Under the pieces are notes generated by a model that was not told the origin of the DNA, ran no database searches, and saw only the letters and a program-made list of their open reading frames with translations. Shown piece after piece: positions 52,643 to 64,000 of a stretch of 64,000 bases of DNA. This stretch comes from Owenia fusiformis. Lineage: Eukaryota. Made by a program: the position numbers and the translations under genes. Location: positions 6,324,001-6,388,000 of the forward strand of contig CAIIXF020000001.1 of NCBI GenBank assembly GCA_903813345.2. Reading direction: 5' to 3'. How positions within the stretch are numbered: the stretch's first letter is position 1; every line of letters starts with the position of its first letter.

Positions 52643-55600
52643 CTAGAGTAATATGCTTCCAAACTATAGCCGAAACTTAGTAGTATTGCCAACAATCCTT
52701 ATTAAGTATATATTTACAAATTTACTTATTGATTTATCTAAATATTCTAAGGTCTAATGCAAAATTATCAACTACACAGGTGTAAAATTATTAATTTGCA
52801 AGTAAACAAATTATATTTGTTTTAATTCGATTCGGTTTCTCTGAAACTCCACATTCATTGACATGGGTGGGGTATTAATCTGCTAACAAACAACTAAATG
52901 TTGATGAAACACTTCAACTATAATGGAAAATGTTCATAATTATTTCAGCTGTGTACTTGGAAAAGCTTTGCAAAACTGTGTCTAACACTTTGATATTGAC
53001 CAGGCTAACGCCACTGATATTTTCAACATTTTTGGTTTTTTCTCCCTCCGTGGATCTTGGATTTACAATCTGAATGGTTTATTTTAAAAGAAGACCTTCC
53101 TAATAAATTGCAGTAACATTCACTAAATATCTAATTCTACCTTCTGGTACTATTTTGCATCCGCTGGACTTACATTATGCAGGGTTTTCACAATGCCTTC
53201 TACAGATTCGTTGTTATAAGGAATTTACTCTCATTCAGGTATAGTGTATTATTATACATTGCGGGTTACTTAACCCGTAGCTTGTTTTGATTTTGGATTT
53301 GGACAGGCTTTATAGTTCTTTATATGATTTAATAAAATATATCAATAATTATAATATGAAAATGGGACATTATACAGGTCTTTTAGAATAAGCATTTGGT
53401 AGAATGTAAAGGTCTTCTTGATATGTGAAGCTCATTGCACTCTATAGAAGTAAAAATTCTCGAAGTCAAAAGATAACGTACAAAAACGCCTATGGGCAAA
53501 TATTATTGAATATGTTTGCCGATTGTTTCCAAAAGCTGTTGTGAACGACCCCTGTATGGGGAATAGAAGTTTCTCACTTTTCTCATGAATTGTTTAGACA
53601 GAGAAAGTATATTCATCTTCTCCTTTCTTTCATGCACAAAGTGGGCTTTCTTCAATTAATCTTAAAGAAAATGTTAGTTTGCATACTTTGTTTGCTTTAA
53701 ACCTCCTGCTGAATGTGAAAATATATTACTATTTGCCGGCTTGTACGAGGATAAATAGTAAATGGAGCATTAAACTGATTGAACATTTATTAACTCTGTT
53801 TCAACTGAAACAGACTGCATCCAAAAATACATATATTCTAAAAATGTAATGATTCAATTTTGAACTCAAATTCGATGGCGTCATGAAAATATTTGATTGC
53901 TTAACTTTTGTTGATTAAAAATGTTTAATCGAAGAGAAATAATTAGTAATATTTTGAATATATCTGATCCACCTATATCGATTCAGATATATATTGCGCA
54001 GAAACGAGCGCTGTTGATAATTATAGAAAATAACAGACGCCATTTTGAATATTTCTAATTATCCTTACATAATTTTTTCTTAATTCATATGTTGCTTATG
54101 TGAGTTTTTATTTGCTATTTTTGAAAAATAAGTTAAACCTTCCCTGAAATCGTGTAAGATAGAACACATTATTAGATACGCCTATTATTAGATTCATAAT
54201 TACATTTCGAATCGAAACCAAAATACTTTTGCATTATTTTCACATGAATTAATTTACAACTAGCGTATGTTACACTTCTTTCCATGTTTCACGGGGATAA
54301 CTTACCGTTTTGTCTGTTGAAGGTCTTGAAATGTAAGTTATCGGTTTCTAAAAAACGAAATATTTAAATCGCCATTACGTTTTTGATCGAACTCAAGATT
54401 TTACCTTCACCATCGATGCATCCCTTGCTGTATCTGTTGAGTGAAGTTCTTCACGATGCATTAAGTTGTTCTACACATGTTCACTCCTAATGTACTCTGG
54501 CTTACTTCAACAATATATGCTTCCTTTCACCAGAAGTTATTGTTAATGTTTAATGTACAATTGTGCGTCCTCAATGAAAGTCTTATAATAATGTATGCCC
54601 ATTCGTTGGTATGTACATAAGGGTGTATGCATTATTTAAGAACCTCCAGGTTTAAATAAACTCGGGGGTGGTGCGATCCAAAAGGGGTGGGTGGCCTCCG
54701 AGCACGAACACCAAACTTTGAGAATCAAGTTATGTCTTATGTTTGTACTGTATCCAAATTAATTGATGTGACTAACTATGTTCATCGTTTTATAACAGAA
54801 TAAATTGCCATACCAACATAAGCAAAAATCAATGGACATGTTTGAGTAAAGATATCAAATCTCACCACGTCAAGTTTGCACTACTGATACGCCTTGAAAG
54901 ACGCGAATCCCTAGACAATCTTTGAAAAAGATGCCAATATTATCATCTGATGTATCAAAGGGCCCCTCATATTCAAAATGTTTCAAATGATTGTATAAAT
55001 ATTTTCTAAAATAATTTCCAAAACTGTTGCTGAACCGGTCTATACTCCAAATGAAGCATAAATTTAGACATATTTTCCTTGTTTAATTTATCAATTGTGA
55101 AGAATGATGCTTGCATCAATTTAAGAAAACGACCAAGATAAGAGAGCATTCATAAGTATGATTAGTCCCCGGGGATTAGTAATGGACCTCTATCCTCATT
55201 ATTGATTCTACGTACAGACTGTATCTCTGAGTTCTTTATGATGAATTTCGGGATTTATTATAGCTATGTCAAGCGTCTCTGATCAAAAAATCGACATACA
55301 GACAACCAAATTCAGAGTTGAACCGCAAATTCAGTCAACATCCTTCCACCCCTCGTTTTCATACGATGCGATACATTTCGCGCCAAATCCACAATTTAAT
55401 CCTTGGCTGTATTTGCAATGTATGCCATATATGTACCACGCGAAATATGGTGGTTTAATAATGTTTGCAGAACTTTGTCAGTTTTAACAACATATTCAAC
55501 AATAGTAATGTGTTCGTACACTAAAGTTAAATGACTTAATCAAGGTGAGGTTTGAATCCCACTGTGTTCTACCACATTGAATATATTCCCCCTCAGAATA

Positions 55601-57739
55601 TATAGTCCGGGGACCATATATCTTAGTTCCCATGTCGGAGTACCTTGGTTCCTTTTGCCTTACCCGGAACGTGGGACCCGACTATATTATAAAAAATGTT
55701 TTTAAAATCCATCTCGAACTATGTATAAAGACGGACAATAGTTCGTTGACGGCCATCTTGGGTTCTAGTTCTTAAATGTATTGAGATATCGTTAGAATTA
55801 TTCAAAGTATTTAGTTGAGACAAGTTATTAAAGAGAGAATCAGATCTAGTGAGCAGCCTAACAAAAAAATTGTTTCAATTTTAGAATATTACTGGCTCGT
55901 GTCTTCCTTTTCATGTCTATTTTCTAAAAACACCCAAAGTGCACAGTTTATTTCAGGAAAACTTTAGATTTTTACAATAATGTATTACTTTTCTATAAGA
56001 ATGGTTACCATTCTTATTATTTGGGAGAATTTAAACATTTTTCACCCATTTTTGCACTTAGAATCCCTTATAACTTCACCAATTCATAACATATCGTGAA
56101 TCTTTTGGGATGTTGCTTGTAATTTTGTCACCCCCATAGATCTGATTCGCCTTTAGTTTGGAGGCAGAAACAGATGTAGGTGCATTAATGCGTCTCTGGG
56201 CCTTTATTCATTTCTGAGATTTGTCACTGCCCTAGAGGCGCATTCCTGCCATGTTAATTTTCCAAAAGTTGAGAACCTGAAAAACTCCAAATCTGGCATA
56301 ACATTTTGGGTCCAAAAGATGTGGACCCCAAATCTTTATGGGGCTCAACTAGTGGGCCTTTTTGGGCATTACTTAGCCTTTTTGGGCCTTTTAGGCCAAT
56401 TGTCATTTTTGGACTTAGGGGCCCGGAATTCTTTTCCAAAGTTTGAAATTTTAAGAATAGTTTCCTCGGATGGGTAACTGAATTAAAATGTGTATCAAAA
56501 GAGCATCTTGATTCACAAGGTTTCAGTTGCTCCAAATTATTAACACAGCTTGGAAGTCGAAGATGTCGTCAAGTGGGCATAATTGTCTGTTCAAGTTGAC
56601 CCTGGATCCATTTCTCAAGTTCTATTCTAGTATTTTGGATTATTTCTCTTGGATATTGTCTCAATTGTCTCTGGTGCTGCTATGATTAATACTGAAGATG
56701 ATTTTAGGAGTTTACTAATATCTTAAAGAAACAGCCACTTGCCTAATGCACATCCTTTAGAGAACATGGACTATCCATTGGTAAGCACGTCATGACACTG
56801 TAAATGAATAAAGGGATAGATCCATGGGTAATGGACCGGGTAAATGAACTAAGGCACGATCGTAAATCGAAATCTTTCATGAGAACTTGAGATGCTTTAT
56901 TTTTGCATGGGTCAACAGTTAAGAGAATGTTAACAATAAATCGCTTAATGAATAGGTGCAGGGCTGAGGCCCGGGTATACAGTCATTAATAAAAAAGCAG
57001 TCTTATTCTTATTCAATGTAAGTAATATAGTAAAAGAATTAATATACTATATTAGTATTAATATACATGTATACACCACGCATTACCAACTCAGTGCACA
57101 AGGGGACTTTTTAAACATTTTTAACGTATTCCTGGGCCTCTGGTGCAGGGTATGGTGGTCTTCTGTGTTTTTTACTGATGCGATGATTCTTAGGTATATG
57201 TGATCTGTTTAAATAGGCGCAATGCCAAAGCGTCCAAAAGTCAATCGTTTTGCTAAACATCAAGCAGGTGAAGTCTACACAAATATAAGCATGTCAGTTA
57301 AAAATGGTGATGTATGCGCTTTCATTCAATATAAAAAGCTCTCGAAAATAATTTCCCTAAGTTTGCGTGTTTTTGGAAGAAACGGGTGTCAACATGCATG
57401 TTTCATAATTCACTGTTCATATTTTGCTTTTATCGTTAAAATAAAGACAATTAATACGATTTACATTATATATATAATGGATAATGATTCATTGTGATCT
57501 GTATAGATGAGTTACTGTACAATTACACCTAGCGTGGGGGTCGAAATACATCAATTAAGGTGCCCGCTGAAAATATGAGGAGATCCCGCTTAAAACACGA
57601 GCAGATTTCACGAGTACCCACTTCGATCACGAGCAAGTCTTAACATTAGTAATATATATATAATATATAGTGATATGTTAAGCAACATATGTGTAGCAAC
57701 ATCGCAAATATTTTTCTCTGCAAATCATCATCCATTTCA

Positions 57740-58602
57740 CAGGCCTGTCAACTTGGGAACACCTAACATGAGTGACTTGGAAATGTTGAACACCTCTCCT
57801 CAAAATGTGGACACCAGAGGGGGAGAAACACCAGGGTTCAAAGATGACATACGCTTATAATGTAAATCTGTATTGAGATGACATCGTCGCTGATTGGTCA
57901 AAAGTCGACAAACAAATGACGTCATCAATGGCGGTTTTAACATTTTCGAAATACGCTTCGAGTAATATTATGTTCATTTCTGGCGTGTTAATCAATATCA
58001 TAGCTTCTCATCTCACATCAAGATAAAGAAAGGCGTACGGAATATGCCTATATCAATCAAAACATCCCATCGAAGTGTAGTATTTGATAACTAGCCGATG
58101 AAAATTCGAACGAACGAAGGTGGTAAGCAAGGGAGGTAACTATGTCTGTCATCTTTAAACTCTGGGGCTTTCCCTCCTCTTTGTGGACACCTTGGTCCAA
58201 ATCTGAACACCTTGATCCAAATTTTGAACACCTTGGTTTAAATACTTATTACATCTTGCCAAATTTTGAACACCTCAAATTTTTCGCTACGCTCGCGTTT
58301 CAAACATCCATCAACGGGGGGGGGGGTAGGTACGTGAAATTTCGAACGGAATGCGTGACATATACGTAATTCGCGTGAAAAGTCCGAACGAAATGCGTAC
58401 ATTTTTTTCCGGCGTTCGTATTTTTGCTGTGTAGACGATCTTTTTTTATAAACTTTCTACAGAAATATTTTTGCTTGACAATTACCAGGTAAAATGCGTA
58501 TTTGCGTGACATTTTCTGTCACGCAAAAATAACTGGCGTGACTTCAAATTCTTCAGCAAATGCGTGACAAATACGCAAATTGCGGGACAGTTGACAGGCC
58601 TG
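57740..58602. mobile_element. hAT-like non-autonomous element with 6-bp TSD, containing a nested insertion
   Basis: ATTTCA|CAGGCCTGTCAACT...AGTTGACAGGCCTG|ATTTCA. Confidence 0.88.
57816..58180. mobile_element. Nested MITE with a TSD of about 10-11 bp (Mutator-like)
   Basis: TGTGGACACC on both flanks; imperfect TIRs AGAGGGGGAGAAACACCAGGGTTCAAAGATGACA / TGTCATCTTTAAACTCTGGGGCTTTCCCTCCTCT; absent from the sister copy at 20738. Confidence 0.85.
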
Positions 58603-58774
58603 ATTTCAGGTAGATTTATCCATCTGTTAGCATTATGATAAAAAAATTAAATATGTATTTGTAAATAGATTTTGTACATTTCGGAGCTAAACGTATATCA
58701 TACATAATTCGTGCATGCATGAGTTCGTTCGTTCGTTTGCAAATGCGTTCCTTCTTTCGTTCGTGCGTTCGTCC

Positions 58775-59356
58775 CATAGGCTAAGGGTTAAGTAATAGTA
58801 AGCTGTATATATAAGAGACAGGTGAACAACTCTGACTTAGACCACTTGTTAAGATGGAGATTTCAACCATATTTAGTGTATTATTTTCAAAAAGCCATGG
58901 GGAGTTGATATAAAATTGATAGTTTGTAGCTCTTACCTAAGATTGAAACTCAGTCAGATGATATAGAGTGAATAATGCTGTCTAAAAGAGAGAATTTCTG
59001 AAAACCTACAATTGCCTGGCAAGTTCATTAGTAAACAAGTGATCTGATTGGTCACTGCTGACCTCCCTGACCTCCACCAGTGACAATCAGTTTCAGCTTG
59101 CCAGGCAATTGTAGGTTTCCATAGTTGTTGTTTTATATGCAGTATAATATGCAGTTTTTAGATAAAGATTTGAAAAAAACAATGATATAAGTTTGAAAAA
59201 CACTTTGAAGAAGATTTTGGAGAAATTTTGGAATAAAATTTGATACCAGTAAGGAGAACTAGTGCCAAGACTAAAAAAATTTGAATAATTTTCAATCTTA
59301 CTTGTGGACCTGTCTCTTATATATACAGCTTACTATTACTTAACCCTTAGCCTATG
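58775..59356. mobile_element. hAT-type MITE with 8-bp TSD
   Basis: GTTCGTCC|CATAGGCTAAGGGTTAAG...CTTAACCCTTAGCCTATG|GTTCGTCC; perfect TIRs of about 49 bp. Confidence 0.92.
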
Positions 59357-59480
59357 GTTCGTCCATACATCTGTCCGTTTAATCACACGCTATTTTTTCA
59401 TTCGTCCGTCCGTCCATCAGTCTGTCCGTTCCTCTTTTGTTTGTTTGTTTGCAGGTTTTCGTTCTACCGTTTTGTTTGGT

Positions 59481-59555
59481 GAGTTTAATTAATTAAGTAC
59501 CACAGAGAGAACATAAATGAAGAGTTTAATTAATTAAGTACCACAGAGAGAACAT
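59481..59555. repeat. 34-bp direct repeat x2
   Basis: GAGTTTAATTAATTAAGTACCACAGAGAGAACAT at 59481 and 59522. Confidence 0.85.
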
Positions 59556-59559
59556 GTAA

Positions 59560-60412
59560 GCAAGCAAGGAAATAAGTAATCAATCAAGTAGGGAGGCAAT
59601 AGAGGAAGTAATCAAGGAAGTTATATTGGAAGTAATAAAGACAATAAGAAGAAAATTGGAAAGTAAGTAAGCAAGAAGGAAGGAAAGAAAGAAGGGAGGA
59701 AGGAAAGAGTTGAGGAAGTAAGTGGGAAGGAAGGAACAAATGAGAAGGAAGACGGGAAAGAAAAAAGGAAGAAGGTAAGAAAGTAATTAGGAAGGAGGGA
59801 AAGGGAAAAAATAAGGAAGAAGGTAGGAGAGTAAGTAAGAAGGGAAGAGGACGGAAGAATGAAGAATGGGCACGCTCGTCGGGGAGCTGTAGTGTACCGA
59901 CCCAGATACTAGACTCGAAAGAGAAACTTAAGGTAGGAGAGTAAGTAAGAAGAGAAGAGGGCGGAAGAATGAAGAAAGGAAGTAGGTGAGGGAGTGAGGA
60001 AGGAAGAATTGAAGGAGGGAAGGAATGGAACAGGGAAGGAAAAGTGTAAGGAAGTAAGACCAAGGGAAGGACGAATTGAAGGAAGAAAGGAAGTAAGCGA
60101 GAAAGGAAGGAAGAATGTTGGGAAGTAATAGGAAGTAAATAAGAAAGAATGGGAGGAAGGAAAGAAAAAGGAAGGAAGTGATTAAGTAATGGAGGGAAGG
60201 AGGAAAAGAAGTTAATTAATAAGAAAGGAAAGAAGGTAATTAGGGGGATATAAAGAGGGAAGAAAGGAATCCGAGAAATAGGAGGGAGGGAGGGAGGGAA
60301 GAAAGGAATACGAGGAGTAGGAGGAAGGGAGGGAGGGAGGGAGGAAGGAAGGGAGGAAGGTAGGAAGGGAGGAAGGTAGGAAGGAAGGAAGGAAGGAAGG
60401 AATGAAGGAATA
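59560..60412. repeat. Purine-rich (GGAA/GGGA/GTAA)n low-complexity tract
   Basis: About 850 bp of almost only A and G on the plus strand. Confidence 0.9.
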
Positions 60413-60505
60413 GGACTGTTTCCCCAGATCTATTTTTGTATGATAAGGTCAACATTATATTTCTATTCAAATTCTATCATTGTTAAACTATATATCTGCT
60501 TTAAA

Positions 60506-63500
60506 TAGCCTGGACTATTAGCCCGTTGCAGATTATTGATGTCACGAAATTGCAGGAATTCAAATTTCGTGACATATTAGACGTAATCTTTAAGTGTAAA
60601 AGCCGGAAGTTGGAGAATTTTAAACAGATATCAACATTTTCCTTCGAAATCCTCATAACACCAGTTTCTGATGATAAATGACAGTCTAGCGTATCAAGGT
60701 GAGTGACAAATAAAGATGAGATGAGGTGGTAGACTGGAAAAATCAATTTTCCGCGAAATTCCGTGCGAAAAATCCACAGGAAGTTGTATTAAGTCCTTTT
60801 TGGGCCCTAACTGCCTTCTGCCCTCCCCCAATCTCACACAACAGACGAATCTATAAGGATGCCAACAAACATCTAGACCTGAAAAAAAATGAAATCAAAA
60901 CAAAGTTTTTTACAAGATCCTTGTTCAAAAAGCCCCCAAACTCGCTCAATATGGAGTAAAAATACTTCTCAATTGAAAAGAAACAAAAAAAGCACGAGCT
61001 GACAGATGCTTAATGACGATATAAGCCCTGCAAAACATCTACCCATCAAAACTCGACGAAATGGAATGAAATGAAAAATTCAAATATTTACCGACTCTGT
61101 AGCTCCCTTCCTGCTGTAATGTTGCTTTTCAAATTTCCTCTTCTTTTTCCTTTTACGTATTTGACTAGAAATACTGTTATGATTTACCAATATATAATGA
61201 AAATCATGCCGTATTGATAGTTATTTAAAATTTGAATTTTTTTAGAAACTTTTCTTTCAGCGCCCATGACACGTTTACGGATCTAATAATCTTTTGCGAT
61301 TGGATTGGCCAGCCTAAAAGTAGGTCATGATCATTTTTACAATTAAACCGTATTTGAGCATTGAATAACATAAATCAAACCAAGGTAATTCTTAAAGATA
61401 TGCTATACAGATATGTAGGTCAGTATTACATAATCGTGAAATGAATAAGTCTGAATATATCATTGGTCAGAAAACACTAAAACCTGCTTGAAACGGTAAA
61501 AGTTTATACACTCTATTCCACACTGTATAGAAATAAAATAACTTACACTATAAGTAACTGTGAGCCAATCATTGCATAGAAAAACCTTTATGCACTGTTT
61601 ATAAGATTCACTGAGACAAGTGGGTCAATACTTCGTGTACTTTATGTGCTCTCATACAATTACCTTCCCTTGCATAAAGTTGCTGTACAGTTATATATAA
61701 CTGAATATTATATATTCATCACAATCAACCTTAGCAAAATGATGGTTCGACGAAATGGACGGTTCGCTAAAACCAATAAACCAGGCAATTCAGGCCAATT
61801 TGGAAAGAAACTAGATAGCGTGATAGCGAATGAGGATAGTAAGTGAAATATATTTTGCAAAGGTCAGCTTGTAAACTACTGGGTAATCCTAAATGATGAG
61901 AAATATGTACAAAATATGTTTTGCATGATTTATTCATATCCCAATGATTTAACTCCTTCACTGCATCTAATAAGATATAATTACGGGACATTTAGGAATT
62001 AAGTGACTAGACCAAAGCAAGCATGTTTGAGATTTTAATGATTTTAAATAAATTACCACTTCATTATTTGCTTTTAGACATTCAATCAGTTTTATTTGTC
62101 CAACAAACCATATTCACAATTGTTCAATCCAACGAAGATTAGGGGATAAGCTATAGAGACCCCTCCATTTGTCCGTCCATCCATCCTTCAACTAGACAAC
62201 ATCAACACCAAAGTGTAGCAAATCCCATCGAATAGCAATGGCTGGCATTTTTTTTACAAACAAAGCATGCAGCAAAAATGGCAGCCATTTTTCAAAATGG
62301 CCACCTTCTACCAAAAGTGTCATTAGACAGTGTGCCACGCTTATAGTATTCACGCATCAAATATGAACAAAATCGCTCTACTACTTTTCGAGTTATAGTA
62401 AAATACGTTAAAATGACGGCCATTTTTTCAAAATGGCTGCCTTCTACCAAAAGTGTCATTAGACAGTGTGCCATGCCTATAGTATTCACATACCAAATAT
62501 GAACAAAATCGCTCCACTACTTTTCGTGTTATAGTAAAATACGTTAAAATGGCCGCCTTCTACCAGAAGAGTCATTAGACAGTGTGCCATGCTTATAGTA
62601 TTCATATACCAAATATGAACAAAATCGCTTGACTACTTTTCGAGTTACAGCAAAAATCGTAAAATAATGAGTAAAGGCGGCCATAGTTCAAGTCTTTGAA
62701 GCAAATGATTCTAAAAGTACAACATATCTTTGAAAAAATATCATTCTGTTAAGTGAAATCGTAAAAAATATTTTGCAATGTGTGAAATTGAATTAAAGCA
62801 CATGATTCAATGAATAGTGGATGCTTCAATTCACTTATGTCTTCTAGTCTAGGCTTTGAATTCGGACTACCACCCTCGTTCATAGTCTAGAATCAGGACA
62901 TATGTTAAATTTAATCATCTACAATGCATTGAGTCATTGGCTTAAATCCTATAATATAATATGCCTATCAATATAATATGTAATTATTTAAGTATCATCT
63001 CAATGCTTTAATTTTAATAGAATTATTTTAATATTTTACTAATATTAATATGTAGTTTGCATTACTGTTGATAAATAAATAAATGATTGCACTGTTCAGT
63101 AAAGAAATATAGCAATTGTATTATTTAAACTGACTATACACTATAGAAATGATTTTCATTGAAAAATCAAATCAGTACCAAAATTATGGTTACCCTGTAG
63201 TAGTGAAAGGCACATTAGAAATGAATATCACCCCCTTCAATCTATTTTTACAGGTTTTTATGATTATTTCAGATTTTTCTATAGTTTGCGTAACCAGGAC
63301 GGTGAATTTTCTTCATTTTTCATCAAACATTTCGTCTTACCAATATTTATTATATCTGTCAATTTTATCAAAATCGCGCCGCTACGTTTGAAAATAATTC
63401 AAATTATGTAGTTTTTCCCATTGAGCTCCATTATAAAAATGAAATTTTCAAACTTAATGTTTTAAAATTCTACGTGGTGAAAAGTTGCATATTGAGTAGT

Positions 63501-64000
63501 TAGTTAATGTTATGGTGTTAAAAATTCAAAACAAAAAGGAATAAAGAAAAAATGCCACAGAGAAGTCTCAATAGAGTCTCTTTAAATGTAATTTTAGGAG
63601 ACAGAAATTATTATTTTATTAATACATTACTTGTTTAATTTGATCATGAAATTTTTTTGGGGTGTCCATCGGCCATATTGGCATTTCCGAAAAGTTTGAA
63701 AAATAAAGTCTAGAAAGATTTGAGATTTTAAGGTATGTACGCTAAATCAGCTAAGTATTTGCAAAAATATACAAAGCTTATAGTATAAGGTTTATCAGAT
63801 TTAACATTTTTTGTAGTACCTTGTGTCATTGAAGAGTTACAGAGTCGGTAAATATTTGAATTTTTCATTTCATTCCATTTCGTCGAGTTTTGATGGGTAG
63901 ATGTTTTGCAGGGCTTATATCGTCATTAAGCATCTGTCAGCTCGTGCTTTTTTTGTTTCTTTTCAATTGAGAAGTATTTTTACTCCATATTGAGCGAGTT
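60506..64000. mobile_element. Young long-TIR non-autonomous DNA transposon (possibly Academ-like); right end lies outside the window
   Basis: 60939-61101 is the exact reverse complement of 63838-64000 (163 bp, cut by the window edge); the left end at TAGCCTGG (60506) is inferred. Confidence 0.75.
62275..62660. repeat. About 3 tandem units (136 and 116 bp spacing), resembling the internal satellite of Helentron/HINE-type repeats
   Basis: AAAATGGC..CTTCTACCA..GTCATTAGACAGTGTGCCA..CAAATATGAACAAAATCGC..ACTTTTCG repeated. Confidence 0.8.

Noticed and set aside
58806-58822. TATAAGAGACAG / CTGTCTCTTATA resembling the Tn5 mosaic end (Nextera adaptor)
   Set aside because: Only a 12-bp core matches. 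It lies inside genuine TIRs with an 8-bp TSD, and a diverged relative exists at 12328, so it is not adaptor contamination.
59584-60470. ORFs of 159 aa and 76 aa rich in L/P/S/F
   Set aside because: Translation of the pyrimidine strand of a low-complexity purine tract.

Overview
AT-rich, intron-rich genomic DNA from an animal, most likely a marine invertebrate; the species cannot be determined from the sequence alone. Two real genes diverge from each other. On the minus strand are the first eight coding exons of a secreted large lipid transfer protein (apolipophorin/vitellogenin-like; ATG at 8943, continuing off the left edge). On the plus strand is a cytosolic-type HMG-CoA synthase (ATG at 18445, eight clear coding exons). 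The putative 3' splice site of its last exon has been amplified about 10-fold by a 62-bp tandem repeat. Downstream lie a 5'-truncated LINE whose RT frame is split by a TTAA-inserting MITE, an 82-bp dimeric minisatellite, a decayed spliced pseudogene of unknown family, a purine-rich tract and a young long-TIR element running off the right edge. Many non-autonomous DNA transposons (TA, TTAA, 6-, 8-, 9- and about 10-bp TSD types), some nested, fill the introns and intergenic DNA. I found no CRISPR array, rRNA or intact tRNA, and no clearly new multi-gene system. The strongest oddities are the splice-acceptor array, the pseudogene and several reconstructable insertion or repair events.
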